Notes under the pieces: model-generated
The model's database searches: none
Told to the model about the DNA's origin: nothing
What the model saw: the letters and a program-made list of their open reading frames with translations, nothing else
Assembly (NCBI GenBank): GCA_964291265.2
Contig: OZ219747.1
Location: 1,568,001 to 1,632,000 of the forward strand
From: Alphaproteobacteria bacterium
Lineage (GTDB): Bacteria > Pseudomonadota > Alphaproteobacteria > SP197
Direction: 5' to 3'
Length of the DNA stretch: 64,000 nucleotides
Program-made: the position numbers and the translations under genes
Part shown: one piece after another, positions 32,243 to 42,103 of the stretch
Layout of the letters: each line of letters starts with the position of its first letter
How positions within the stretch are numbered: the stretch's first letter is position 1

Positions 32243-32373
32243 CCGAAGCCATGTTGGCAGGAAAGGACGCCCGGGAGACCTCAAGCACGATGACCTGCAA
32301 GCGTCCGGTCTTGCCCCGGTTTTCGATCGGCATTCTCCCAAGCGCTGTCATCCCCTCATGAGCGAACGCTTAC
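32243..32373 (+). repeat. ~130-bp direct repeat copy 1 (IS66-type end)
   Basis: CCGAAGCCAT...GGCAGGAAAGGACGCCCGGGAGACCTC...CGAACGCTTAC, nearly identical to 33777-33907. Confidence 0.9.
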
Positions 32374-32672
32374 CGCTGCCTGGGCCTGGCGGCCAGCACA
32401 TCATCAAGACTTGGGGCGGCCAGCACCGCCTCCGCCCAGGCTTCCAGTTCGGCGGCCGACGCGCCGCGCACCCGCTCGCGGAACGCATCCGGCACATCAC
32501 CGAAGCGCAAGGACAGTTGACGAAGAAGAAGTTCCGCGAGGGCCTCGCTCCGGCCTCGTTCAAGTCCCCTCTCGAGTCCCTCGGCTCTTCCTCTCTCGAT
32601 TCCCTCGGCTCTTCCCCTCTCGATACCCTCGGCTCTTCCCTGTTCGACCCAGGTTTGTGCGATCGTGCCCAT
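32370..32672 (-). CDS. Putative internally translated small Rpn protein (RpnS)
   Basis: GGGAGG-TGTTG-ATG immediately before MGTIAQTWVEQG; 100 aa, intact. Confidence 0.55.
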   Translation of the reverse strand: MGTIAQTWVEQGRAEGIERGRAEGIERGRAEGLERGLERGRSEALAELLLRQLSLRFGDVPDAFRERVRGASAAELEAWAEAVLAAPSLDDVLAARPRQR

Positions 32673-33417
32673 CAACACCTCCCAATGGTCCGGCTTCGTC
32701 CGGCGCAAAGACGCCTCCAGCATGGCCGGCGTCAGGCCCTTGTGCTCGGTCATATAGCGCACAATATGGTGCTCGAAGTCGCTCCCTGCAAGCAGCCCGT
32801 CCATGATCACGTCGAGAAGATCGGGCGGTACTTCCTCGGCAAAGGCAAACCTGAGCGCCAGAAGAGCGGACCGCACCTCGGGCGAGGTCGACGGCCGGTC
32901 CGGCGCCATCTCCCCGAGGTCGTGCACCACATAGGCGAACTCCCTGACGAACGACTTCAGCTTCTCGGGCGCGTCGATCATCTCCAGCACCGAGCGCGCC
33001 GCCTTCCAGCGACCCCGGCCGTGATAGAAGACCAGGGGGATGATCGCCGGCAGCTTGATGTCGTTCCCGCCGCCCTCGCTCTTGCTCCGCTCGCTCTTGC
33101 TCCGCTCGATCTCGCGCCGCCAGATGTTGACCATGTATCCCAGGAGCTGGAGCGGCGTCGCGGCGTCGACGTAGCTCTTGTGTTCGAGCAGCACGTAGAG
33201 GCTTAGCATCTTTGCCGTCCTTCAATCTCACCCGGAACAGCGCATCGCACTGGGTGGTACGGGCGGCCTTGTCGACGAAACTCTCCCCAACCGCCTCGAA
33301 CGGCGCCTCGGGATCGAGGAGTTCAGCCACCTTCCGCGGCAGGTAGTCGGTGAGCAGAGAAGCGGCACGGGACGGTTCGGAGACCAGTGCCCGGAACAGC
33401 GTATCGTGTCGATTCAC
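32370..33417 (-). pseudogene. Rpn/YhgA-family (transposase_31) nuclease, frameshifted near 33205
   Basis: RHDTLFRAL, SFVD..CDALF, YVLLEHKS, QLLGYMVNIW, LPAIIPLVFYHG; C-terminal EGRAEG repeats and DUF4351-like LLRQLSLRFG...LEAWAEAVL. Confidence 0.85.
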
Positions 33418-33582
33418 CGGAAGTCTCACCGAGCGAGACCCCGGCGTTTCAACGGGCATCGTGCTCACGGGTTGGAAGGGGGAAGGTGTTCGTCATGGCG
33501 GCACCCTACGCCGAACAGCACCAGGGCGGCAATCGCGGCGCCTGACCCGGGGTGAGGCCTGCCAGGCGTCAAGACCTCGATG

Positions 33583-33716
33583 GCGCTTGTTCCTCAGGTC
33601 GCCGCCATGCCCGTACTTCACTCGGGTGGCCTCAGCCCAAGCTATGGCCCCTCCCTATGCTGGGTTGTGGAACTGATAGAAGACCAGTGATCACCCGCGA
33701 TTTTGGCAACAAACTT
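33583..33716. mobile_element. MITE family B
   Basis: Ends GCTTGTTCCTCAGGTCG / CGATTTTGGCAACAAAC; core CTCAGCCCAAGC.ATGG and GTGATCACCCGCGA shared with 51252-51394. Confidence 0.65.
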
Positions 33717-33776
33717 CAAGGTCACCAACCCGCCCTCGTCCCCGCCTTCGATACCTCAAGACCGCTTCGCTGCCTG

Positions 33777-33907
33777 CCGAAGCCATAGTGGCAGGAAAGG
33801 ACGCCCGGGAGACCTCATGCACGATGACCTGCAAGCGTGCGGTCTTGCCCCGGTTTTCGCTCGGCATTCTCCCAAGCGCTGTCATCCCCTGATGAGCGAA
33901 CGCTTAC
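33777..33907 (+). repeat. ~130-bp direct repeat copy 2 (outer IS66-type end)
   Basis: Matches 32243-32373; followed by TSD GACGGACC. Confidence 0.9.
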
Positions 33908-34539
33908 GACGGACCGAGCATCAGCCTGCGACTGACGAAGAACGAAGGGATGCCCGTGCAGCTCCTGAAGGAAGGTGAAGGAGCCGGTGCCGTGGTGGCG
34001 GTGCGCAGGGTGGACGAACTTGGGTACTACAGCCTCGGAGCGAAGCGACTCGCCAGTAAGTTGGGACTGACGCCGCCCAAGTGCCGTGCCGTGATCGACC
34101 ACCTGGGGCTGAGAGAAGACGTTGAATGCTTCAGGGAAATCAGAATTGGCAAGTCGACGTTCGGACGCTACGCGCCTGCCGCGATGCGGAGAATCAACGC
34201 TGCACTCGAAGTCGAATCGATCGAACAGATCTGGGCGCGAGACAGAGCGAAACGACGAGGTGCGAGATTAGCAGGCTCCGCGATCGTAGGGTGGCGCCGG
34301 GGGAGGTAGGGGAAAACCACTCTCAGGTGCGCACGAATCTATTCGCAGGCGAATACCGAATATGGTATCTGGCGCCCGCCCGGAAATAGACCGTTTCGGC
34401 TGACCTTTCGGCGAAGCTTCGGGTTTGATCGCCCCACGGAGCCGCCTGAGCGCTCCGTTTTCGAGGCTTGTTCCTGCCGATTCATGGCGGCATCAGGACT
34501 GTCCCAGGCAAGAATCCGGACATCGGGGCGAGCGTTTGC

Positions 34540-34713
34540 CAGGACTATTCGCTTGTCCGATTTCGTCCGACGAGGGGACGTTGCAGGCAGATCTGGAGGG
34601 CCATTCGGGACCGGATTTCATTGTCGATATGCCGGTTCCGACATCGAGAAGGTGCCACCAAGAACGGCCACCGACGCGATTGTCCGCCGCCGATCGCGAC
34701 AACAGAATGGTCC
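34540..34713. repeat. Inverted copy of the 924-1101 repeat
   Basis: Direct sequence comparison with 924-1101. Confidence 0.8.
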
Positions 34714-34826
34714 TTGCCCCAGGTCCACTTTGCTTCGTCCCGGTTGTTGCTGGGTGTCCATCGTGATGGATCCATCTCGGGACCGCATGGCGTCAGGCGT
34801 GCGCTGAGCCTTGATTGGCCGGGGGA

Positions 34827-35723
34827 TCAGTCGATCCAGTAGGGGTTGGACCAGCCCTGCTTGCCGGCGGTGTCGGTGACGGTGACGCGGAACCAGCTGT
34901 TGCGGAAGCGCCGGGTGTCGAATCGGGCGTGCGTGAGCCCGTCGCCGTCGACATAGGCGGCACGCGACCCCTTGCCCTGGACGGAGATGCGCCGCGCCGG
35001 CGTGCAGCGGACGTCGATGTGGCCGTTGTCGACGGTGATGTCGTGGAAGTCCGGCCCCTGGCTCGAGTAGTAGCGTCCCGACTTGAGGCCGGCGAGCAGG
35101 GCATCGGGCTCGTTGTCCTCGGCCTGGACCATGACCCAGCCGCCGAGCCAGTCGTCGACCAGCTTGTGGGCGTCATCGACGGCATAGCCCGAAAGACGCC
35201 AGCCCTCGTTGAGCAGGACATCGAGGAAGGCCCAGCTGTATCCCCGGTCGACCTCGATCTCGGATCCGTGGTTGTAGACCTCGACCGCATGGGCAAAGGG
35301 AAGCCTGTGGGCGTCTACTTGGGTCAGTCCGTACCATGTCGGATGCACCATGCCGATGAAGGCGCCCGCCTCCCAGGCCCGGCGGGCGACCTCGGGTCCC
35401 GTCTCGTCCTTGCGCAGCGCCTCGAAATCGAGGGGAAGGCCGACGGCCTTGATGTGCCAGATCTCCCCGGCCTCGGTCTCGGGGGCATGCAGTTCGGCGC
35501 CGATGATGGTCGTGAAATCGTCGGTCCGGAAGGGCCGCGTGTCCGTGACGCTGAACCCGTAGACCTCCATGAAATGATCGGTCAGGACGAGGAAGTCGTA
35601 TCCCTCTTCACGATAGGCCCGACAGACGTCACGAGCCGCATGGCGGCCGTCCGACGAGGTGCTGTGGGTGTGGATGTTGCCCTTGTAGAATCGTCCCGGC
35701 CTGCCGAAATCCAGGTTCTCCAT
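34827..35723 (-). CDS. PHP-domain metal-dependent phosphoesterase (CehA/McbA-like)
   Basis: KGNIHTHSTSSDG, LTDH, HPTW, VEVYN, DDAH; GGAGG RBS. Confidence 0.85.
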   Translation of the reverse strand: MENLDFGRPGRFYKGNIHTHSTSSDGRHAARDVCRAYREEGYDFLVLTDHFMEVYGFSVTDTRPFRTDDFTTIIGAELHAPETEAGEIWHIKAVGLPLDFEALRKDETGPEVARRAWEAGAFIGMVHPTWYGLTQVDAHRLPFAHAVEVYNHGSEIEVDRGYSWAFLDVLLNEGWRLSGYAVDDAHKLVDDWLGGWVMVQAEDNEPDALLAGLKSGRYYSSQGPDFHDITVDNGHIDVRCTPARRISVQGKGSRAAYVDGDGLTHARFDTRRFRNSWFRVTVTDTAGKQGWSNPYWID

Positions 35724-35819
35724 GATGCCGCCCTCCAGTGGGGTCCGCGAATCGACAGTGTCATCATGTTGACGCATCATGACAACAGCGTTAACGGGGA
35801 CTTGTGTGAGGGACGGGAC

Positions 35820-36659
35820 ATGACGGCAGACGGGTCCGCAGGCGGCATGAGCCAATGGAAGTCGGAAACCGGCGAGTACACCTATCCCTATGACACGCGG
35901 ATGGACCGCAAGACCTACGAGAGACGCAAGGCGGAACTTCAGGTCGAGCTTCTCAAGGTCCAGAGGTGGGTCAAGGAATCGGGTCAGAAGATCGTCGTTC
36001 TCTTCGAGGGCCGCGATGCTGCCGGCAAGGGCGGCACCATCAAGAGATTCATGGAGCACCTCAATCCCCGGGGGGCCCGCGTCGTCGCACTCGACAAGCC
36101 GACGGAACGCGAACGCGGCCAGTGGTACTTCCAGCGCTACGTCGCCCATCTGCCGACGGCCGGCGAAATCGTCTTGTTCGACAGGTCCTGGTACAACCGT
36201 GCCGGGGTCGAGCGGGTCATGGGATTCTGCACCGACCGCGAGTATCTCGAGTTCACGCGCCAGTGCCCGGAGGTCGAGCGCATGCTGGTCAACAGCGGAA
36301 TCAGGCTCTTCAAGTACTGGTTTTCGGTGACCAGGGACGAACAGTCCCGGCGTTTCAATGCCCGACTGAACGACCCGCTGAAGCAGTGGAAGCTCTCGCC
36401 GGTCGACCGAGAATCACGAGCCAAGTGGGAGGCCTACACCCAAGCCAAGGAGGCGATGTTCTTCTACACAGACACGGCTTCCGTGCCCTGGGTCATCATC
36501 AAGTCCAACGACAAGAAGCGGGCCCGTGTCGCCTGCATGCAGCACTTCCTCTCCAGCCTCCCCTATCCGGACAAGAATGAAGACGCCGTGACCGGACCTG
36601 ACCCGCTGCTCGTCACGACGCCGGATCTCTCGACCCTGCCGGGCGCCGTTCCGCATTAG
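35820..36659 (+). CDS. ppk2: Polyphosphate kinase 2
   Basis: FEGRDAAGKGG, QWYFQRY, FDRSWYNRAGVERVMGFC, KQWKLSP. Confidence 0.96.
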   Translation: MTADGSAGGMSQWKSETGEYTYPYDTRMDRKTYERRKAELQVELLKVQRWVKESGQKIVVLFEGRDAAGKGGTIKRFMEHLNPRGARVVALDKPTERERGQWYFQRYVAHLPTAGEIVLFDRSWYNRAGVERVMGFCTDREYLEFTRQCPEVERMLVNSGIRLFKYWFSVTRDEQSRRFNARLNDPLKQWKLSPVDRESRAKWEAYTQAKEAMFFYTDTASVPWVIIKSNDKKRARVACMQHFLSSLPYPDKNEDAVTGPDPLLVTTPDLSTLPGAVPH

Positions 36660-38059
36660 TCGAGCTGTGCGACATGGAGCGTGTTGGTCGCGCCGGGGGT
36701 GCCGAAAGGAACCCCTGCCATGATGACGACGCTCTCTCCGCTTCGCGCGAATCCTTCCCGTGCGGCGAGTACGCAAGCCCGTTCCACCATCCCTGAGAAC
36801 GACCGCGCATCGTCCGTGTGCACCGAGTGCACCCCCCAGGCGAGAGCCAGGCGACGGGCGGCCGTGATGCTCGGCGTCAGGCCCAGGATGGGCACCTCGG
36901 GTCTGACTCGCGATGCCCGCAAGGTCGTCTTCCCCGACACCGAGTAGGTGACGATGGCACTGGCGCCCAGTGTTCCGGCAACCTGGCGTGCCGCCGCCGA
37001 GATGGCGTCGGCTCCGGTGGCTTCCGGCGCCCCGGCCTGGGGGTCGTAGAACGGATCCTGTTCAACCGTCGACATGATGCGGTCCATCATGGAAGCAGCG
37101 TCCACGGGAAAGGCGCCCACGGAGGTTTCTCCGGACAGCATCAGGGCATCCGCGCCGTCATAGACGGCGGTCGCCACATCGTTCACCTCGGCGCGGGAGG
37201 GCGACGGCGCGAACACCATGGAATCCAGCATCTGCGTGGCAACGATCACGGGCTTGCCCGCTTCCCGGCACATGCGGATGACCCGCTTCTGGACGCCGGG
37301 GACCTCTTCGGGCCTGAGTTCCACGCCAAGGTCGCCGCGCGCCACCATGATGCCGTCGGCGAGATCGACAATGCCTGCGAGGCTGTCGATGGCGGCCGGT
37401 TTCTCCAGCTTGGCGATGATGTTGACGCCGTTACCGGCAAGCTCTCTCGCCTCGGTGATGTCGTCGGGGCGCTGCACGAACGAAAGCGCAATCCACTCGA
37501 CGCCGAGTTCACGGGCAAAGGCAAGATCCTCCCTGTCCTTGGGCGTCAGGGCGGCGATGGGGAGCCGCACCCCGGGAAGATTGAGGCCCTTGTGATCGGA
37601 GAGGCCTTCCCCGGCTTCGACGACGGTGGCGACGTGGTCCTCGCCGCTCGCGACAACCCTGAGCACCACCTTGCCGTCATCGAGCAGGATGGTGTCGCCC
37701 TCGCCGATGGCGGCGAAGACTTCCCCATGGGGAGTTCCCACACGCGTTTCGTCGCCGGGCCTGGGATCGAGATCGATGCGGAACTCCTGGCCCCGTTCAA
37801 GGGCGACGCCCGCATCACGGAACACTCCGATGCGCAGCTTTGGCCCCTGGAGGTCGGCGATCATGCCGACGGGCCGGGCAGACGTTGCCTCGAGTTCCCT
37901 CAAGGTCGTCCACCACTGCCGCCACTGATCGCGGTCGCCGTGGCTCATGTTGAATCGGAAGACGTCTGTTCCGGCTTCGAAGAGAGCCGCGATGATGTCA
38001 CGGGACGAGGTGGCCGGTCCCAGTGTCGCCACGATCTTGGTCTGCCGGTTTCGGTGCAT
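36656..38059 (-). CDS. pyk: Pyruvate kinase
   Basis: TKIVATLGPAT, DLQGPKLR, MVARGDLGVE, ATQMLDSM, DGADALMLSGET. Confidence 0.97.
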   Translation of the reverse strand: MHRNRQTKIVATLGPATSSRDIIAALFEAGTDVFRFNMSHGDRDQWRQWWTTLRELEATSARPVGMIADLQGPKLRIGVFRDAGVALERGQEFRIDLDPRPGDETRVGTPHGEVFAAIGEGDTILLDDGKVVLRVVASGEDHVATVVEAGEGLSDHKGLNLPGVRLPIAALTPKDREDLAFARELGVEWIALSFVQRPDDITEARELAGNGVNIIAKLEKPAAIDSLAGIVDLADGIMVARGDLGVELRPEEVPGVQKRVIRMCREAGKPVIVATQMLDSMVFAPSPSRAEVNDVATAVYDGADALMLSGETSVGAFPVDAASMMDRIMSTVEQDPFYDPQAGAPEATGADAISAAARQVAGTLGASAIVTYSVSGKTTLRASRVRPEVPILGLTPSITAARRLALAWGVHSVHTDDARSFSGMVERACVLAAREGFARSGESVVIMAGVPFGTPGATNTLHVAQLD

Positions 38060-38075
38060 GACGCCTCCCTGGAGG

Positions 38076-39332
38076 TCACGAGATGAGAATGGCGCGGAAA
38101 TCATTGACATTCGTACATGTCGGTCCGGTGACGATGTGGTCGTCAAGCTGTCGGAAGAGGTGACCGCTGTCCTGTACGGCCAGCACCTCTGCTGGTTGCA
38201 TGCCGCAGCGGCGGGCGCGGTCCAGGGTTCCAGGATCGATCACGGCACCGGCGGCCGGGGTACTGCCGTCGATGCCGTCGGTGTCGCAGGCCAGCGCATG
38301 GATGCCGTCCTCGCCGTCGAGGGTGACGGCAAGGGCCAGGAGGTACTCCTGATTGCGGCCGCCCGTTCCGCTACCGGTGCGGGTCACGGTGGTCTCGCCG
38401 CCCGAGAGGATCACGTGTGGCCGCGGGAGTCGACTTGCGGCGATGTCCCGCGCCAGGCTGGCGTGGCGGCGGCCAAGGGTGCCGGCCTCGCCCTCGAGAT
38501 CGTCGCCGAGAACGGTGACACCGACCCCGCAGCTGACCGCGTGTCCGGCTGCCGCCTCGAGGGCGTCCCGGGCCCTGGCGAGTATGATGAAGGACGAACG
38601 GTCGAGAGCATTGTCGCCGGGCTTGGGCGTCTCGCTTGCCGGGCTTTCCAGCCAGGCCCTGACCGGACGCGGCACATCAAGGCGGTAGCGCTCGAGAATC
38701 GCCAGGGCATCGTGCCTGGTCCCGGGGTCACCCACCGTGGGCCCCGAAGCGATCACCGCGGGATCGTCGCCCGGAACGTCGGAGATGGCGAGGGTGACGG
38801 TCTCGGCCGGCCAGGCGGCGGCGGCAAGCCTGCCCCCCTTGATGGTCGAGAGATGCTTGCGCACGCAGTTCATCTCGTCGATGGCCGCACCGGACCGCAG
38901 CAACCCTTCGGTCACGGTTCGCTTGACGGCAAGCGTCAGGCCCGGCGCCGGCGCGACGAGCAGGGACGATCCGCCGCCGGAGATGAGGGCCAGCACGCGG
39001 TCATCCGCATCAAGTCGGCGAACGAGGCCGAGAATGCGCCGGGCCGCGTCGAGGCCGGCCTCGTCCGGCACCGGATGGGAAGCCTCGACCGTCTCGATGC
39101 GCCGGGTGTCCATGCCGTGGCCATAGGGCGTGACGACGAGTCCCTCGAGGGGATCGCTCCAGGTCGATTCCACGACGCGGGCCATGGCCGAGGCCGCCTT
39201 GCCCGCGCCCACGACGATCGTCCGCCCGGTGGCCGGCGCCGGCAGGACGCCCTCCAGGCGCCGGTCGGCCCGTGCCGCCCCCACGGCCGCATCGAAGAGC
39301 GACATCAGGAATGATCTCGGATCATCAATCAT
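38076..39332 (-). CDS. ttuD: Glycerate 2-kinase (MOFRL/TtuD type)
   Basis: GAGKAAS, HPVPD, ISGGGSSL, SDVPGDD, SGGETTV, GGRNQE, TDGIDG, TNVND. Confidence 0.92.
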   Translation of the reverse strand: MIDDPRSFLMSLFDAAVGAARADRRLEGVLPAPATGRTIVVGAGKAASAMARVVESTWSDPLEGLVVTPYGHGMDTRRIETVEASHPVPDEAGLDAARRILGLVRRLDADDRVLALISGGGSSLLVAPAPGLTLAVKRTVTEGLLRSGAAIDEMNCVRKHLSTIKGGRLAAAAWPAETVTLAISDVPGDDPAVIASGPTVGDPGTRHDALAILERYRLDVPRPVRAWLESPASETPKPGDNALDRSSFIILARARDALEAAAGHAVSCGVGVTVLGDDLEGEAGTLGRRHASLARDIAASRLPRPHVILSGGETTVTRTGSGTGGRNQEYLLALAVTLDGEDGIHALACDTDGIDGSTPAAGAVIDPGTLDRARRCGMQPAEVLAVQDSGHLFRQLDDHIVTGPTCTNVNDFRAILIS

Positions 39333-39386
39333 GACAGGGCTTGTTGCACGGGGCCGGCCGGTGAGGCAACCGACAGTGACCTTGTG

Positions 39387-40055
39387 TCAGGGCGACGTGC
39401 GCCGGACGATGCGAACATCGCTCGTGATGTCGCCACGTTCCGGCTGGCGGCTCCGGCATGCGGCCTCGCCGCCAGGCTCCAGGCTGCACGTGATGATGCG
39501 CTGGAAGATGTAGGAGCCGTTGGAGCAGTGGACATCTCCGTGATCTTCGATGCGCAGGCGGCCGTCTTCGAGAAATCTCGCGGTGACCGGTTCGGAACAT
39601 GTGGCACCGTCCGACATCACGATTTCCTGATCACCGCGTCCATGGCTGTCAAAGCACATCTCCCATGCCACGGCATCACTCACCTCACCCGTGTCGATGT
39701 CCTCGAAACTCAGATCGGACGCCAGGGACCAGCATCCATCGAGGAGAGTGATGTCGCTTTCCTGCCATCTCTCGGCATCCAGCCTGTCGGGATCGGGGAG
39801 TGGTTCCCGTGGCGGGCAGTCGGGAAGCATGGCGAGCTGTCGCTGCAACCCGTTGAGCCGGTCCGTGAGAAGGGCCTGGCGCTCGATCTCCGTGTCCAGG
39901 CCCGCCGACCTCGCGGATGCGGAAGGGCAATGGTCCAGCCGGCCCAGCGGGCCGAGGTCGACACCGCAGGCGGGGACGATGAGCAGGGCCGCGCATGCCG
40001 CCACTCCGGCAAGGAGGGCAGTGCCGAGAAGGGCCAGAATGGTCTCGACCCTCAT
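39387..40055 (-). CDS. Hypothetical membrane-anchored Cys-containing protein
   Basis: N-terminal hydrophobic helix, short coiled coil, paired cysteines; co-oriented with ttuD-pyk. Confidence 0.65.
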   Translation of the reverse strand: MRVETILALLGTALLAGVAACAALLIVPACGVDLGPLGRLDHCPSASARSAGLDTEIERQALLTDRLNGLQRQLAMLPDCPPREPLPDPDRLDAERWQESDITLLDGCWSLASDLSFEDIDTGEVSDAVAWEMCFDSHGRGDQEIVMSDGATCSEPVTARFLEDGRLRIEDHGDVHCSNGSYIFQRIITCSLEPGGEAACRSRQPERGDITSDVRIVRRTSP

Positions 40056-40156
40056 GGGCTCCGGTTTCGGAAACGGCCTGCCATGCCGGTCACCATAGCA
40101 TGGTCCGGGTGTGCCGGACCCTTGATCGCGTTCACTGCCTGATATAGGTCACACCC

Positions 40157-40993
40157 ATGTCAGCGGAACACTCCCGACATCGCCCGCCTGCATTCGAAGG
40201 TCACGGATTTCTGGGCCTCGACGATCCGCCTGCCGTCGAGATCGTGAACGCCCGAGGTGCGGCGTCGGCGGTCCTGCTGTGCGATCATGCAAGCAACCTG
40301 GTACCGGCCGCCCTTGATTTCCTGGGTCTGCCGGGCGGTGAGCTTGAGCGCCACATCGCCTGGGACATAGGGGCTGCAGCGGTCACGCGACACCTTGCCC
40401 GCCTGCTTGATGCGCCGGCCGTGCTGTCGGGGTTCTCGCGTCTCGTGATCGACTGCAACCGGTACCTGTGGGACGTGCAGTCGATACCCGAAACAAGTGA
40501 CGGGACCGGTGTTCCTGGCAACAGGAACGCGAGTCCGCGGGATGTGGAGGATCGCATCCGGCACTGTTTTGCGCCTTACCACGAGGCCGCCTCGCGCATG
40601 ATCAGCGGCATCGAGGGACGCTGGAGACCGCCCGCCGTCATCTTCATGCACAGCTTCACACCCTCCCTCAACGGCGACATGCGGCCATGGCACATCGGAG
40701 TCCTGTGGGAGCGGGACGGTCGCATGGCGCTGCCGGCGCTGGACGCCCTGCGACAGCGCGGCGACCTTGTCGTCGGGGACAATGAACCCTATTCGGCCCT
40801 CGAACCGCGCGGCTACAGCATGCCCCATCATGCAACCCGAGACGGGCGGCCTGCCATCCAGTTCGAGATCCGCCAGGATCTTGTCGCCGATGAAGGCGGC
40901 GCCGAAGCGTGGGCCGGCATCGTCGCCGATGTGCTGAAGCCGCTGCTTGCCGACGACACGCTCTATCAACGGTTGCCCCGGCATGGAGAATGA
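40157..40993 (+). CDS. N-formylglutamate amidohydrolase family
   Basis: CDHAS, HIAWDIGA, SRLVIDCNR, HSFTP, GDNEPY, EIRQDL. Confidence 0.92.
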   Translation: MSAEHSRHRPPAFEGHGFLGLDDPPAVEIVNARGAASAVLLCDHASNLVPAALDFLGLPGGELERHIAWDIGAAAVTRHLARLLDAPAVLSGFSRLVIDCNRYLWDVQSIPETSDGTGVPGNRNASPRDVEDRIRHCFAPYHEAASRMISGIEGRWRPPAVIFMHSFTPSLNGDMRPWHIGVLWERDGRMALPALDALRQRGDLVVGDNEPYSALEPRGYSMPHHATRDGRPAIQFEIRQDLVADEGGAEAWAGIVADVLKPLLADDTLYQRLPRHGE

Positions 40994-40996
40994 CGC

Positions 40997-41326
40997 ATGG
41001 ACGAGACCACACGTACCGAAATCGAGGCTGCCGTCTTCCGGCGGTTGCGCGATCACTTCCAGCGCAAGCCCGGAATCCAGAACATCGATCTCATGAACCT
41101 GGCGGATTTCTGCCGCAACTGCCTTTCGAAGTGGTATCGGGCCGAGGCCGGGGATCGCGGCATCGCGATGTCCTACGAAGAGGCGCGCGAGATCGTCTAC
41201 GGCATGCCCTACGGCGACTACAAGGAGCGCTACCAGGAAAAGGCATCGCCGGAGAAGATGGCCGAGTTCGAAGCCGGTGAAGAACGCCGCGCCGCCGAGG
41301 CCGCGGCGCGCGACGAGACCCTGTGA
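40997..41326 (+). CDS. DUF1244 family protein
   Basis: EAAVFRRL, QNIDLMNLADFCRNCLSKWY, AREIVYGMPY. Confidence 0.9.
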   Translation: MDETTRTEIEAAVFRRLRDHFQRKPGIQNIDLMNLADFCRNCLSKWYRAEAGDRGIAMSYEEAREIVYGMPYGDYKERYQEKASPEKMAEFEAGEERRAAEAAARDETL

Positions 41327-41330
41327 CGCC

Positions 41331-42059
41331 CTACCAGCGCTCGACGGCGGGACGCAGGTCGATCTCGTGACTCCAGGCGGTCGGATGCTGGCCGTGAAGA
41401 TCGAGATAGGTGGCGGCGATGGCATCGGGATCGAGCAGTGTGTCGAGACCCCGTTCGGGGACCTCGTGGGCATGCTGCGGGCCATTGATCTGGCCGTCGA
41501 TGTTGACCAGGGCCACGTGAACGCCGGCTGGTCCCAGTTCGCGCGCCATGGACTGTGCCAGGGCCCGCAGACCGAACTTGCCCACCGCGAAACCGGCGAA
41601 GTGCGACGATCCCTTGTAGCAGGCGGTGGCACCGGTGAAGATCAGGGTGCCGTTGCCCCGTTCCACCATGGCCACAGCGGCGGCGCGGCCGACCATGAAG
41701 GCGCCAAGGCAGGTGACCTGCCACTGCCGGGTGAGTTCCTCTGCCTCGATGTCGAGAATCGACTTTCTCAGGAACCCGCTGGCGTTGTAGACCACGAGTG
41801 ACGGTGCGCCGAGTTCGCCCGTGACCGCAGCGAAGAGGCCGGCGACATCCGCCTCCCTTGTGGCATCGCAGGCAAAGGACCTGACGGGGCCGCCGGTGAT
41901 CCCGGCGATGCCGGTGGCCACGCGTTCCGCGTGGCCGGAATTGCGCGAGGCGACGGCAACCGTCATGCCTGCTGACGAAAACTGGCGCGCCAGACCGGCG
42001 CCAAGGCCTTCACCGGCACCGACGATCAGTGCCACGCCCTCGAATGAGCGGTTCATCAA
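41331..42059 (-). CDS. SDR family oxidoreductase
   Basis: GAGEGLG, FTGATA, KFGLRALAQSMARELGP. Confidence 0.9.
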   Translation of the reverse strand: MMNRSFEGVALIVGAGEGLGAGLARQFSSAGMTVAVASRNSGHAERVATGIAGITGGPVRSFACDATREADVAGLFAAVTGELGAPSLVVYNASGFLRKSILDIEAEELTRQWQVTCLGAFMVGRAAAVAMVERGNGTLIFTGATACYKGSSHFAGFAVGKFGLRALAQSMARELGPAGVHVALVNIDGQINGPQHAHEVPERGLDTLLDPDAIAATYLDLHGQHPTAWSHEIDLRPAVERW

Positions 42060-42103
42060 CGTGTTCCTTCTTCAGGGATGGGAGGGATCAGCCACGACCT
42101 GCA

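Larger units (their letters stand above)
29656..33907. mobile_element. Composite non-autonomous element bounded by IS66-type ends
   Basis: Starts GTAAGCGTTCG, ends CGAACGCTTAC; 8-bp TSD GACGGACC at 29648-29655 and 33908-33915; further CGAACGCTTAC ends at 32241 and 32373. Confidence 0.88.
28937..34309 (+). pseudogene. DUF3644-like protein split by a 4.25-kb insertion (pieces 28937-29655 and 33916-34309)
   Basis: KAVNSLVLSIEHFN, FEMLLKA, RDAAQHY (HEPN-like RxxxxH); ...AEADGP|SISLRLTKNEGMPV... joins in frame across the TSD; 371 codons. Confidence 0.8.

Noticed and set aside
32550-32645. 24-nt tandem repeats as a possible CRISPR array
   Set aside because: No spacers; they encode the Rpn EGRAEG repeats; no cas genes in the window
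34815-36659. 614-aa ppk2, 915-aa ligase (42104-44851) and 546-aa SDR (60744-62384) as novel fusions
   Set aside because: The extensions overlap genuine neighbouring genes; internal starts with RBS give normal lengths
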